Source: a bacterium
GTDB taxonomy: Bacteria > Elusimicrobiota > Elusimicrobia > UBA1565 > UBA9628
DNA length: 64,000 nucleotides
Direction of reading: 5' to 3'
NCBI GenBank assembly: GCA_021846045.1
Contig: JAJZCM010000003.1
Coordinates: forward strand, 23,604-87,603
The position numbers and the translations under genes were made by a program. Positions 1-9,351 of the stretch are shown piece by piece (positions within the stretch are counted from its first letter, which is position 1; the number at the start of each line of letters is the position of its first letter). The notes under the pieces were generated by a model. That model saw only the letters and a list, made by a program, of their open reading frames with translations. It was not told the DNA's origin and made no database searches.

Positions 1-20
1 CCGTCGGATGAACCTCGTAG

Positions 21-314
21 CGGCTTGCCATCTCTGACGACGAGCTGGCTTTCTATGATGCTCTGGAGACCAACGACAGCGCGGTCAAAGTTCTCGGCGA
101 TGATACGCTTCGCACAATCGCCCGCGAGTTGGTTGAGACGGTCCGAAAGAATACGACGATAGACTGGACCGTCAAGGAGAGCGTGCGGGCAAAGTTGCGA
201 ATTCTCGTCAAACGCATCCTCCTAAAGCACGGATACCCGCCCGATAAGCAAGAGACCGCGACGAAGACCGTTCTTGAGCAGGCGCAAGTCATTTGCAAGG
301 ACTGGGCGGGTTAA
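21..314 (+). CDS. hsdR: C-terminal fragment of type I restriction enzyme R subunit (HsdR); in-frame TAG at 18-20 immediately upstream, so possibly a remnant or frameshifted gene
   Basis: Translation gives ...[86 protein letters not shown], which matches the conserved C-terminal helical domain of HsdR. Only 20 nt of upstream context exists in the window. Confidence 0.55.
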   Translation, partial: RLAISDDELAFYDALETNDSAVKVLGDDTLRTIARELVETVRKNTTIDWTVKESVRAKLRILVKRILLKHGYPPDKQETATKTVLEQAQVICKDWAG

Positions 315-922
315 TTTCCAAAGAGGCGCAAAACGAAAACGGTTGAAAGCGGCATCCAGAGATTGTCGTTGAAATAAACTGTCGTCGGCAGAAACTCGAT
401 AAAAGCGCCGGTTGCGGCGGCGAGAGAGGAGGCTTGCGGCCCAAACCCCAGCCAAAGCCCGATGGCCAGGCAAACTAAAAAGCAGGCGAGAGTTCCTTCC
501 CAGGATTTCGGGCCGCTCCCTATCTTGTGTCGGCCCAGCCTTTTTCCGACCAAGGCCGCGGCCGCGTCTCCAAAAGCGGCGTAAAAAACCCCGGCTTTAA
601 CCAAGGCGGCGTCGGTTCCGTAAAAATAAAATAGAAGGAGAATTCCCAGGGCGGTGTGAAGGGCTCCGCTGATTTTTTTCTTTTCTTCCATCCTAGCTAG
701 GCCTGAAAACAACCGAAAGAGGGTTTCGTTGACCCCGGGTCGTTTAAGGCGCGTGATTTCAAGCAAAAACAGGGATGCCGTCCAGAGAGACATCCAAAAA
801 ATAATGCGGGGGTATCCAATCAGGATGAAAGCGGCAAGATAAAGGAGCGACAAGAGATGAAAGGCTTTTCTGCGAATTTCATCGGCGAGGGTTTGCGCGG
901 TTCTAAAGGGGCCTTCGTCCAT
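311..922 (-). CDS. Polytopic membrane protein of the CTP-transferase/dolichol-phytol kinase-like family (CdsA-like fold)
   Basis: 203 aa with multiple TM helices. The C-terminal region [21 protein letters not shown] resembles the cytidylyltransferase/dolichol kinase family. Confidence 0.4.
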   Translation of the reverse strand: MDEGPFRTAQTLADEIRRKAFHLLSLLYLAAFILIGYPRIIFWMSLWTASLFLLEITRLKRPGVNETLFRLFSGLARMEEKKKISGALHTALGILLLFYFYGTDAALVKAGVFYAAFGDAAAALVGKRLGRHKIGSGPKSWEGTLACFLVCLAIGLWLGFGPQASSLAAATGAFIEFLPTTVYFNDNLWMPLSTVFVLRLFGN

Positions 923-932
923 GGAAAGAAAA

Positions 933-2093
933 TTACTTGAAGCGCGACAGGCGGAAGCGCTGGAGGTTTACGGACGGCTTTCCAGCGAGAATCCAATCCG
1001 ATAAAATTTTTCCTATCGCGGGTGCGAGGGAAAAGCCTTTCCCGTTGAAGCCTGCGGCGATATAGGCGTTGGGGAAATTTCGCAGCTTGTCGACGATGAA
1101 ATCGCCGTCCTTGGTGGCGTCGAAGTGGCAAAGGGAGGTCTCGGATTCGGAATAGGAGGCGATGTCGGGAATGTATTTTTTGAGAAAAGCGCGGCATTTT
1201 TTTTCAACGGAAGGGGGTGGGGCTTTGAGCTTGTCTTCATCGGGGTCTCCGAAGGGGCCGGGTTTGTAATCGATGATCTTCATGTAGCCGTGAACGTGCA
1301 TCGGGAATCCGCAAAAGCCCAAGGCGGTCAAGCGGAACACCGAAAAATGTTCTAGGCGGAATCTCCCGGGGTTTTGCGGAGGCTTGAGATAAATCTGGAA
1401 CTGCCGGGTTGGGCGCAGCGGGATGCGGTAGTCCTTGAGTATCTTGGGACTCCAGATGCCGGTCGTGAAAATAAAATTTTCAGCTTCCCAGGTTTTTCCG
1501 TTCGAGTCCTTGACTCCCTTGAGCTTGCCGGAGTTGTCCTTGATTAGGGACGCCACTTTGGAGCGCCCGTGGATGACCGCTCCTTCTTTTTGCGCCAAGG
1601 CCGCGATCAGAGACAATGCTCTCTGCGCCCAGATAAATCCTCCGTCTGGATGAAAGAGGGCGCCCTTAAGAGCGCGGGCGTTGAAGACTCCGTGTTCGCG
1701 CGGGAGGTTTTTTTTGTCGATCCACTCCGCGCGGATTTTCATTTTTTTGAGAGTCTCAAAGCTGTGCGTCTCAAAACCTGGAATCTTGCTGGCCAAATCC
1801 AGAAATCCGGTCTGGGAAAAAATAGTCTGCCCGCTTTCAGCGTTGAGTTTAAGCCAGAAGGGAAGAGCTGTCCGGGCCAACTCCGTGTAAAAAAAGTCTT
1901 TTCCGTGAGTTAGATAGAAGGCCCGCATGTGGTCGCCGGAGGGGGCCTTGAAATTGGGAACTTCGGCCTGGTCCAAAACGACGACTTTTTTGTGGTTTGA
2001 ACTCAGCCAATAGGCGAGGGTAAGCCCGACGACTCCTCCTCCAACGATGACGGCATCCAGTGCGGGGGAAGAGAGCGGTTTTAAGTTTTTCAT
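933..2093 (-). CDS. FAD-dependent oxidoreductase, DAO family (probable ETF-linked dehydrogenase)
   Basis: N-terminal DAVIVGGGVVGLTLAYWL dinucleotide-binding motif and C-terminal GFNGKGFSLAPAIGKILSDWI typical of the DAO family. Lies immediately downstream of etfBA in the same orientation. Confidence 0.7.
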   Translation of the reverse strand: MKNLKPLSSPALDAVIVGGGVVGLTLAYWLSSNHKKVVVLDQAEVPNFKAPSGDHMRAFYLTHGKDFFYTELARTALPFWLKLNAESGQTIFSQTGFLDLASKIPGFETHSFETLKKMKIRAEWIDKKNLPREHGVFNARALKGALFHPDGGFIWAQRALSLIAALAQKEGAVIHGRSKVASLIKDNSGKLKGVKDSNGKTWEAENFIFTTGIWSPKILKDYRIPLRPTRQFQIYLKPPQNPGRFRLEHFSVFRLTALGFCGFPMHVHGYMKIIDYKPGPFGDPDEDKLKAPPPSVEKKCRAFLKKYIPDIASYSESETSLCHFDATKDGDFIVDKLRNFPNAYIAAGFNGKGFSLAPAIGKILSDWILAGKPSVNLQRFRLSRFK

Positions 2094-3067
2094 CCGCCCC
2101 GGCGCTTCTTGATTTCGGCGACGATGAGGGGAATCATCTCATAGAGGTCGCCGGCGACCGACAAAGAAGCGGTTTTCATCATGGGGCATTCGGGATCGGT
2201 GTTTAAGGCAACGATGGTGCTGGAGGAAGACATGCCCGCCAGATGCTGGATTTGTCCCGAGATTCCGCAGGCCATGTAAAGCTTGGGGTGAACCGTTTTC
2301 CCGGTTAAGCCCACTTGATGGCTATAGGTAATCCACCCCGCGTCAACGGCCGCGCGGGAAGCCCCCACCGCGGCTTTAAGGGTCTCGGCGAGTTCTCGGA
2401 TGATTTTAAAGCCTTCCGCGTTTCCCAAGCCCCGTCCGCCGCTGACGATACGCTCAGCTGTGCCGAGATCGATTTCGGAGGAAGCCTCGGGCTGAAAGGA
2501 AACGTACTCCATTTTGGCCTCCTGGGGCGCAAAAGGGATGGGGACGATTTCGGGCGTGGCTGCATTTTTTTCCGCCTGTGGGAAAACCATGGGTAAAACG
2601 ATGAACAGGGCCGTTTCCTGGGCTACGGAGACGGTGGCCAGGGCGTTTCCGCTGTAGGCCGCGCGCTTGGCTTGAATCTTGCCGTTAGCCATGGTGATTT
2701 CGGTAATGTCAACGGCTAGGCCCGCTTTGAGACGCGCGCTCATCAAGGCCGCGAGGGATTTCCCAAAAATCGTCCCCGGAAAAAGAATCGCGCCGAATTT
2801 GTTTCCCTCGAGGATTTTTGAAATCGCCTGCGCGTGGATTTCGTCATTATTGGTCGCAAGCGCCGGGTGTTCGACGGCGAAAATTTTCTCGACGCCGGAA
2901 ACGGAGAGGTTCTTGGCCAGAGTTTGGGCCTTGTCTCCACAAACGGCGGCAAAGACCTTGCCTTGGGATTGTGCGGCGAGATTTTTTGCGACGCTCAAGA
3001 CTTCAAAGGCGCTGGAGGGAAGAGATCCCTGCTGCGGCAAACAAACGGCGAGAATTTGGTTTTCCAT
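2090..3067 (-). CDS. etfA: Electron transfer flavoprotein alpha subunit
   Basis: 325 aa. C-terminal FAD-binding signature YMACGISGQIQHLAGMSSSSTIVALNTDPECPM. Start overlaps the upstream etfB stop. Confidence 0.85.
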   Translation of the reverse strand: MENQILAVCLPQQGSLPSSAFEVLSVAKNLAAQSQGKVFAAVCGDKAQTLAKNLSVSGVEKIFAVEHPALATNNDEIHAQAISKILEGNKFGAILFPGTIFGKSLAALMSARLKAGLAVDITEITMANGKIQAKRAAYSGNALATVSVAQETALFIVLPMVFPQAEKNAATPEIVPIPFAPQEAKMEYVSFQPEASSEIDLGTAERIVSGGRGLGNAEGFKIIRELAETLKAAVGASRAAVDAGWITYSHQVGLTGKTVHPKLYMACGISGQIQHLAGMSSSSTIVALNTDPECPMMKTASLSVAGDLYEMIPLIVAEIKKRRGG

Positions 3068-3873
3068 TAGACAAGTTTCCTTTCAACGAGAATATCAACG
3101 AGCTTCTTCGCTTTTTCAGCGGCGCTTGAGCCCTCGATTTTAAGCCCGGCCGGCCTGGGGGGCGGGGCGGAAAATTTCTCAATTTTAAGGGGCTCTAAGA
3201 CCCCGCTAAAATCCTCGGCTTTAAGGCCGACGTCCGCGGCTGTCCATTTGGGAATGACGGATTTCTTGGAGGCCATTTTGCCCTTAAGAGACGGCAGCCT
3301 AGGCTCATTGATTTCCTTGAGCGTACCGACGCAGGCCGGAAGTTTGAGCTTTAAAACATCGACCCCGTTTTCCATTGCCCGCCAAACGACGGCCTCGGCC
3401 GCATTGATTGAATCAATTTTTTTGACCGAAATGGCCGCCGGCCAGTTAAGCCATCCGGCGATTTGAGAGGCGGTCACTCCGGCATTTCCGTCGCTGGCGT
3501 TTTTCCCGAATAAGACCAAATGGATGGGGCTCTCCGCGTGAATTTTTTTAAGCGCTTGGGCCAAGGCGTGGCTGGTTCCGTAGGAATTATGGGCGTCGCA
3601 TTCCGGGATGTTGAGCCACACGGCTTTGTCCGCGCCGCGGGCGATAGCTTCTCGAAGAACTCCTTCCGTGTGGTCCGGCCCCAGGGAAAGGGCGGTGACG
3701 CTTGATCCCGCGTTTTTTTCCTTGATGCGGACGGCTTCCTCAACTGCGTATTCATCAAAGGGATTCATGGCGAAAGACAATCCCGCCGTTTTTATTTTTC
3801 CGGCGGCTTCATCAATTGCGATGTTGACGGTGGTGGGCGTACTTTTGACGCAGACGACAATGTGAAGACTCAT
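3067..3873 (-). CDS. etfB: Electron transfer flavoprotein beta subunit
   Basis: 268 aa. N-terminus MSLHIVVCVKSTPTT matches the EtfB consensus (MKILVC.KQVPDT). Confidence 0.85.
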   Translation of the reverse strand: MSLHIVVCVKSTPTTVNIAIDEAAGKIKTAGLSFAMNPFDEYAVEEAVRIKEKNAGSSVTALSLGPDHTEGVLREAIARGADKAVWLNIPECDAHNSYGTSHALAQALKKIHAESPIHLVLFGKNASDGNAGVTASQIAGWLNWPAAISVKKIDSINAAEAVVWRAMENGVDVLKLKLPACVGTLKEINEPRLPSLKGKMASKKSVIPKWTAADVGLKAEDFSGVLEPLKIEKFSAPPPRPAGLKIEGSSAAEKAKKLVDILVERKLV

Positions 3874-3906
3874 GGCTTTTCTCCTTAGGCGTTGTCATGA
3901 AAAACG

Positions 3907-3990
3907 TGGTTGGGATAGGATTCGAACCTATGTAGGGCAGGGCCCGACGGTTTTACAGACCGTTGCTTTTGACCGCTCAGCCACCCAACC
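3907..3990 (-). tRNA. tRNA-Tyr (anticodon GTA) with long variable arm; CCA not encoded
   Basis: Reverse complement reads GGTTGGGTGGCTGAGCGGTCAAAAGCAACGGTCTGTAAAACCGTCGGGCCCTGCCCTACATAGGTTCGAATCCTATCCCAACCA. This gives a 7-bp acceptor stem, anticodon loop CTGTAAA, a long variable arm and the GGTTCGAATCC T-arm. Confidence 0.85.
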
Positions 3991-4102
3991 GAAAGCAATT
4001 TCCTATATCCGCTTGGGTGACTGCTCGCTGCCGCTCGCCGCCACCCAACCGAAAAACAGCCCTATTAACGAAATTTTACTTTTTTAATGAAGAAGAAGCC
4101 AA

Positions 4103-6289
4103 TTAGATTTTCCGATGCGTGAGCGTTTTAAGAAAGGAGCTAAATTGCCGCTTTTGATCGGCCTTGGGCAGGCTGCGCTTGATGGCCTTAAAGACTGAAA
4201 TAAGAGATTTTTTTGATAGCCTAGAATTTTTTTTGAGCGCCCACAATTTCCGGCTTAAAGTAATCGCCATGGGAAGAGCATTGGGGGTTTCGGCGAATTG
4301 ATTCCACCAATTAATGAGCGCCTGATTATCTTTCAATCCTTGATAAGCTGAAACGGCTTGGCTGATGCGCTTGTCCTCAAACGGTTTTGAAGCCCAAACG
4401 CCGCTTTTTTGCGGCAGGCTTGTGATTTTCCCCAACGCGACGGCTTTGGCCAATAAAATCGCGGACTCAACTTCCTCCGGCTTGGGGTATTTCAAGGCGT
4501 AAACCCATCCGGATTGAACGTAGGCGTCAAAGCCCGCTTCTTTTAGTAAGGAGGACGCGCGGTTGTTTTCCGAATCTTGAAAAACCAAAAGGACGGTTCC
4601 TTGAGCTTGAAGGGTTCCCTGATCCGCGAAAAAGACGGGACGCTTGGTATTTTCCGATGCGCGTTTTAAAGCTTGAAACAAAAAGGCGACGGCGGACGCG
4701 TAAATTCTCTCGGTCCAATAGCTCAGAATCTTGGAATCGGCCAAGGACGCCGGGGCGGCCTTGAGTGTGCGGGTCAAGTCCGAAAGGCCTTGAATGCCGG
4801 AAGAGTCTCCGCTCAAACTTTCATAGGCTTTAGCCAAATTTTCCGCAGCCCGGGCGGAGGGGGCGCGTTTGAAATCAAAATAGGGACCGGTGAGAGAGCG
4901 AAGGTCGAGAAAAACAACGGAGGAACCCGGAAGCTGGCCGCCGGAATTTTTATCCAAGAAGCGGAGAATTCCTTGAAACGCGGGGGTGTGGGTTTTAAAT
5001 TCAATTCCATTTCCAAAATTGACGCGCGTGGGTTCTCGTAGTAAAGAAACGACGCGCCAAAACCAATTCCATAATCTGCGTCCCGCGATTCGGACTGAGT
5101 ATTGGGCCGCAGTCCAGGCGGCGGCAAGAGGAGATTTTCTCCCCAGGTTTCTTTCCAAATCATAAAAGGCCTTCCAGCTGATGGCGACGGTCGGCGAAAA
5201 AACCTTCTGGGCTCCGAAAACTAAAGCCAGGTTGCCCGCTTGGGAAAAATCTCGCGGCAAGAATTTGAGCGAGAGGGTCGCAAGCTCAAAAGGCGGTAAG
5301 ACTGCCTTGAATTGTCCCGAAGGCATTTTTTCCATGCGCAGGCTGGAATTAACTTGAACCCGTGCGTCCGTTTCTTGGGGAGCAGATTTCTTGAGGTTTT
5401 GAAGATAGCTTCGGGTTTCCGTCCAGTTTAAGATGATCGGTTTTTTCCGGATTCCCAAAAGACCGTTCCAAGATTCAAAGGCCTTGAGACCGCGCGCAAA
5501 GAGAGAATCTCTTCGGTTGAGCGCCGCTTCGGCGGTGGATTTTAATAGCCCGGGCAGGGATTTTTCCGCTTTGATCAACGCTGATTGAAGGATGGCGCGC
5601 TTAAATTGAGAAGCGATTGCGCGGACGAGTTCTCCCTTTTTGACTGCCTTATCCGTCGTTGAAAGAGCTGATTTAAACAAAAGCGGCGCGTCATAAGCGG
5701 AGGCGGAAGCGGCAACGGAAGCCGCCTGATAGACGCGGTCAAAGGCATTTTCCGCTTTTCCTGGAACTTGAGGCGAAGAGGTTTTTTTGCGGCGCTTGGG
5801 GCTGGCGGCCTCGCGGTCGAAAATTTTTCGCAATTGATTTTGAAGCGCTTCGACGTCTTCGGGATTGGCGTTTTGAATAGAGTTAAGGCTTGGCTCTCTC
5901 GCCGTCCAAGCCTGATTGCTTGGGGGAATTCCAACCGGAAGATTTTTACTTTTGGCTTGGGTTTGAAAAAGCGAGCGGCGGGCTACGGCTTTGGCTGGAG
6001 ACTTATCTAGTGAAGGCGAGACCTTCGTTTTCTGCGTTTGGGGCGACGTCTTGGCTTGGGCCGGCAAAATGATTTGAGCGTTTTGAGCCTGGACGCTGGG
6101 CAGAGATTCAGACCCGGACGGCAAGGCGTTTTGAACCGGATTTTCTTGAATCCCCAAGTCCTGGTCGGGCGTTTGGGGCTGGGAAAGAACGGGCGAATTG
6201 TCGCTTGAGGGGGTTTCTGTTTCGACGTTCTGAGGCACGGCCTGAGCCTTCCAAGAAGTCAGGCAAAAGAATAGGAAGAGAAACCGCAT
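4103..6289 (-). CDS. Large secreted hypothetical protein (signal peptide, low-complexity Pro/Gln/Ser-rich N-terminal region)
   Basis: 728 aa. N-terminus MRFLFLFFCLTSWKAQA is signal-peptide-like. No domain recognised by eye. Confidence 0.5.
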   Translation of the reverse strand: MRFLFLFFCLTSWKAQAVPQNVETETPSSDNSPVLSQPQTPDQDLGIQENPVQNALPSGSESLPSVQAQNAQIILPAQAKTSPQTQKTKVSPSLDKSPAKAVARRSLFQTQAKSKNLPVGIPPSNQAWTAREPSLNSIQNANPEDVEALQNQLRKIFDREAASPKRRKKTSSPQVPGKAENAFDRVYQAASVAASASAYDAPLLFKSALSTTDKAVKKGELVRAIASQFKRAILQSALIKAEKSLPGLLKSTAEAALNRRDSLFARGLKAFESWNGLLGIRKKPIILNWTETRSYLQNLKKSAPQETDARVQVNSSLRMEKMPSGQFKAVLPPFELATLSLKFLPRDFSQAGNLALVFGAQKVFSPTVAISWKAFYDLERNLGRKSPLAAAWTAAQYSVRIAGRRLWNWFWRVVSLLREPTRVNFGNGIEFKTHTPAFQGILRFLDKNSGGQLPGSSVVFLDLRSLTGPYFDFKRAPSARAAENLAKAYESLSGDSSGIQGLSDLTRTLKAAPASLADSKILSYWTERIYASAVAFLFQALKRASENTKRPVFFADQGTLQAQGTVLLVFQDSENNRASSLLKEAGFDAYVQSGWVYALKYPKPEEVESAILLAKAVALGKITSLPQKSGVWASKPFEDKRISQAVSAYQGLKDNQALINWWNQFAETPNALPMAITLSRKLWALKKNSRLSKKSLISVFKAIKRSLPKADQKRQFSSFLKTLTHRKI

Positions 6290-6293
6290 CCTT

Positions 6294-8320
6294 TTATTGT
6301 ATCAGAGTTGGGCGCTGGCGCGCGTGGTGTGAAAGGACATAAAGGCAGATTCCGCTGATGCAGCGCAGAGGCCGGAGATTTTTTAAAAGGCCATCCATCA
6401 AGCGGTCGGCCTTTTCATAATAAGCCTGCTCAGCGGAGTTCCCCTTGTAGTTTCCAATGTAAGGATTGTAGAGAATATGAGTAAACCCCAATTCCCGCAA
6501 TTTTTTTTGCAATTGCCGCGAGCTTGTGATGGAGGAGTAATTTAAAACGCCCGGGTTTAAGGGGTCGCCCCAAGCGTACGGACGGTTGAGATAATAGCCC
6601 CGGACGTCGCGAAAAAGAAAAATTTTGGAATTGGCGGGCAGATGATTGGCCAGTTGGCTGAGGGAATAGAGAGGGCCCAGGCTTTTTTCAAGGTAATGTT
6701 CATCTGGAGGTTCCGTCGCCGCGTCGATATTAAAAAGAGCGTACATCTCATTATTAGCGGACAAATTTTTCAAGGGCCAAAGTCCGATAAGCAGAGCCGA
6801 GAGCGCGATAATTCGGAAAGACGCTTTTTTCTTGATCAATGCTGAACTCCAGGCGCCGATTAAAACCGCCAAGACAGCGGAGGCGGGCAGAAAATAGCGC
6901 CAATCTTGGTAAACCAAAAACCATTCCGTGTAGAAAAAGAAAACGAAAAGAAGCGTCTTCTTCTCGGCGGGCCTCAATTCTCGTGAACTTCGGGCGGCCA
7001 ACAAAATGAAAAAAGGAATCATCATCCATTGCGGATGATGAAGAAATTTTTGCGGCTCGGAAATGAGGAGAAAGGGAACGCTGAGATAATGAATGAAGGT
7101 CTTAGAGACCCCTTCCGTTACGGAGTCGGCCAAGCGCTTCCAAGCCGCGATGTCCGCTTGCCCGGCATGAAACCATTGTCCCAAATAAGGCCAAAATGGG
7201 TTTCCAGTTTGAACCCAGTTTTTCAGATACCAGGGAAATCCGAAAAGAAGGGCTCCGCCGGAATAGAGAAAAACTTCTTTTCCTTTTTCGCGGGTGGAAA
7301 CGGAATCTTGAATCAAAACGAGAAGGCCCAAGGCCGCAATGGCCCACAGCCCGGTAATTTTCGCGTCGGCGGCAAGGCCGCTGAGGATTCCAGAAAGAAA
7401 CAAAAGTCGCCGGCGCCGTGAAGGCTCTTTTTCCTCGGAGGAAACAAGGAAAACAAACAAGGCTGCCGCGATCGTTTGAGCAATGTTGAGATCGGTTTCC
7501 GCGTTGCCGATGACTCGCTGAAACAAGGGTTGAACCGATAGAAGAGCGCAGGAAATTTCCGCGGCTTTGGGGCCGAAAAACCGCCGGGCCATCAGCCAAA
7601 CCAAGGCCAAGAGCCCGAGCCCGTTGATGAAATTTACGGCGTGGGCGGCGCGAGCTCCTGTTAAGGCCAAGCATAAAAGATAAATCATTTCCGTGTTAAG
7701 GGGGTAATGGGCGTTGGCGGCCCAGCGGATGTCCAAAAAGGCCTTGTGGCTTAGAAAAATTTTAGGAAGCGCCAGATGATAGGCGAGCGAGTCCCAATCC
7801 GTGTCCGGGGCCGAAGCGCAGATAAAGCCTCTTAAAAGCGCGGCGAAAAGAACCGTCCAGGAAAGGATGGATAACCAATCTCTTTCTTTCCAAAAAGCGT
7901 CCTTGATTTTTCGAGCGGAAGCGATTAAAAAATCTCTTTCCCGCCAAGCGCCCCAAGCGAGAAAGATAAAAAGAATCGTCAATATTTTTTCCGCATAAAG
8001 AGAAAGAAGTCCCAAGGCCAAGAGGATGAGAGAAACGATGCCTTCCCCGAGGATCAAGGATAGCCACGATTGTTCCGTTAAATCCAGCGGGGTTTCGGAA
8101 ATCCTCAAAATTCTTAAAAGGCCGCGGCCCACGGATAAAAAACCGAGGGCCAAAACCCCCGCAAAAACGGCGCTCAGCGCGAAATGAAGCGAGCCTATAA
8201 GGCTTCTTGGCGTCAAGAACTGGGGGTGGGCAAAAAGATAAGCCAGGAAATAACGGCTTTGCAATAAAGTAAAGCTGGAGGCGAGAAAAAAAGAGAGAAA
8301 TAGATTCTTTCTTGGCAACG
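6294..8320 (-). CDS. Polytopic GT-C-fold glycosyltransferase (ArnT/PMT-like) with C-terminal soluble domain; true start uncertain because the listed ORF overlaps mltB
   Basis: More than 12 predicted TM helices followed by a roughly 200 aa soluble C-terminal domain. This architecture is typical of GT39/GT83 lipid-carrier-dependent glycosyltransferases. The ORF track lists 6294..8462, which overlaps the convergent mltB end at 8323. Confidence 0.45.
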
Positions 8321-8322
8321 CC

Positions 8323-9246
8323 TTAATTATTGTTCGAGAGCTTCTGGGAAATTTTTGCGCGCAGTTCCAAGATGGCTCGAACGTAGTTGTCGGAAGGATT
8401 GTAGGCGTAAATGGAATTCCAAACGGCGGAGCCTTGGCCATAACCCCCGGGGGCGTATCCATGGGCGATCAAATAATGGGAGACGCTGGCCAAAACATCG
8501 GGCCAAGTTTTCCAATCCTTGAGTCCATCCCCGTCGAAATCGACGGCGTAGGCGTTGTAGCTGGACGGCATGAATTGAAAGTAGCCGAAAGCTCCGGCGT
8601 AGGAGCCGTCCACGGATTGCGGCGGGATGCTTCCTTTGTAGCAAAGTTCCATGTAGGCCGCGAGTTCCTGGCGCGCCCAATCGGAAAGCGCCGGAATTTT
8701 AGCCGAAATGGTGTAAAGAGCGGAGATGACCGGAATGTTGCCGGTGACGTGTCCCCAACGCGTTTCAACTCCAACCAAACTCACCAAAACCAAGGGATCG
8801 ACCTGGTAGTCGCTTTGGATTTGGGTCAGAAGTTTCGCGTGTTTTTGATAAAAAGCGGCGCCATAATTGATGTTGGATTTGGTAATGAAGCGCTTGCGGT
8901 ATTCTTCATAGGGCATTTTCTCGGCGGAACGGTGGAATAGGGAAATAATGGCCGGGATAATCTTGGTTTTTGGGTTGAACAAGGCCTGGTGAACAAAGGA
9001 ATCGGGAACGCCGGTATTTGAAAGACGGTTGAGGATGTCCCGGTAAATGGTTTGCTTGCCGAGGGCTTTTTTGCTTTCGGTTAAATGGCCCAATGAGGAG
9101 GTCTTTTGTTTTAAGAGGACTTGGATCTGCCCCACTTGGTTAAAGAACGCGGAATCATTTTGCGGCAGGTTTACCGCTGATTGGACGGGGAGATTGCCGG
9201 CAAATAAAACGAAGACGAGTCCCAGAGACAATTTTTTGGTATTCAT
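8323..9246 (-). CDS. mltB: Lytic murein transglycosylase B family protein (start taken at second in-frame ATG, MNTKKLSLGLVFVLFAGN signal peptide)
   Basis: Motif SYAGAFGYFQFMPSSYNAYAVDFDGDGLKDWKTWPDVLASVSHYLIAHGY is diagnostic of MltB/SLT domain 2 proteins. The ORF extends to 9303 but the upstream 57 nt is a conserved leader also found at 60560-60616. Confidence 0.8.
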   Translation of the reverse strand: MNTKKLSLGLVFVLFAGNLPVQSAVNLPQNDSAFFNQVGQIQVLLKQKTSSLGHLTESKKALGKQTIYRDILNRLSNTGVPDSFVHQALFNPKTKIIPAIISLFHRSAEKMPYEEYRKRFITKSNINYGAAFYQKHAKLLTQIQSDYQVDPLVLVSLVGVETRWGHVTGNIPVISALYTISAKIPALSDWARQELAAYMELCYKGSIPPQSVDGSYAGAFGYFQFMPSSYNAYAVDFDGDGLKDWKTWPDVLASVSHYLIAHGYAPGGYGQGSAVWNSIYAYNPSDNYVRAILELRAKISQKLSNNN

Positions 9247-9303
9247 GGTTTCCTTTTGAAACAAACTCCGGAGCCAACCATTTCCTCGCTTAAGCTTGGT
9301 CAT
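9244..9303 (-). promoter_or_regulatory. Conserved 5' leader (copy A) shared with the ankyrin-caspase gene at 60557-60616; contains SD AAGGAAA and a possible AUGGUU/AACCAU stem overlapping the start codon
   Basis: About 60/63 nt are identical between the two loci and the flanks are unrelated. The block is in frame with an upstream ATG (MTKLKRGNGWLRSLFQKET). Confidence 0.5.
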
Positions 9304-9351
9304 AGTTCAAGTCTAGCATACAAGACTTACACAAGGCCATTGGAAATTCCT

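Noticed and set aside
3900-4100. Integrated mobile element at tRNA-Tyr
   Set aside because: Only a 22-bp partial repeat of the tRNA 5' end exists. There is no integrase and no cargo, and the flanking genes are ordinary. Kept as a low-interest footprint only.
4527-6072. Small ORFs nested in the 4103..6289 gene (for example 4673..5041 +, 5575..5934 -)
   Set aside because: They are nested within or antisense to a long uninterrupted ORF that has a signal peptide. They have no motifs and arise from amino acid composition bias.
9256-9351. ORF-track N-terminal extension of the Wzy_C-TPR gene (MKQTPEPTISSLKLGHSS...)
   Set aside because: It overlaps the conserved leader and start of the divergently transcribed mltB. 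An internal ATG at 9352 gives a sensible start.
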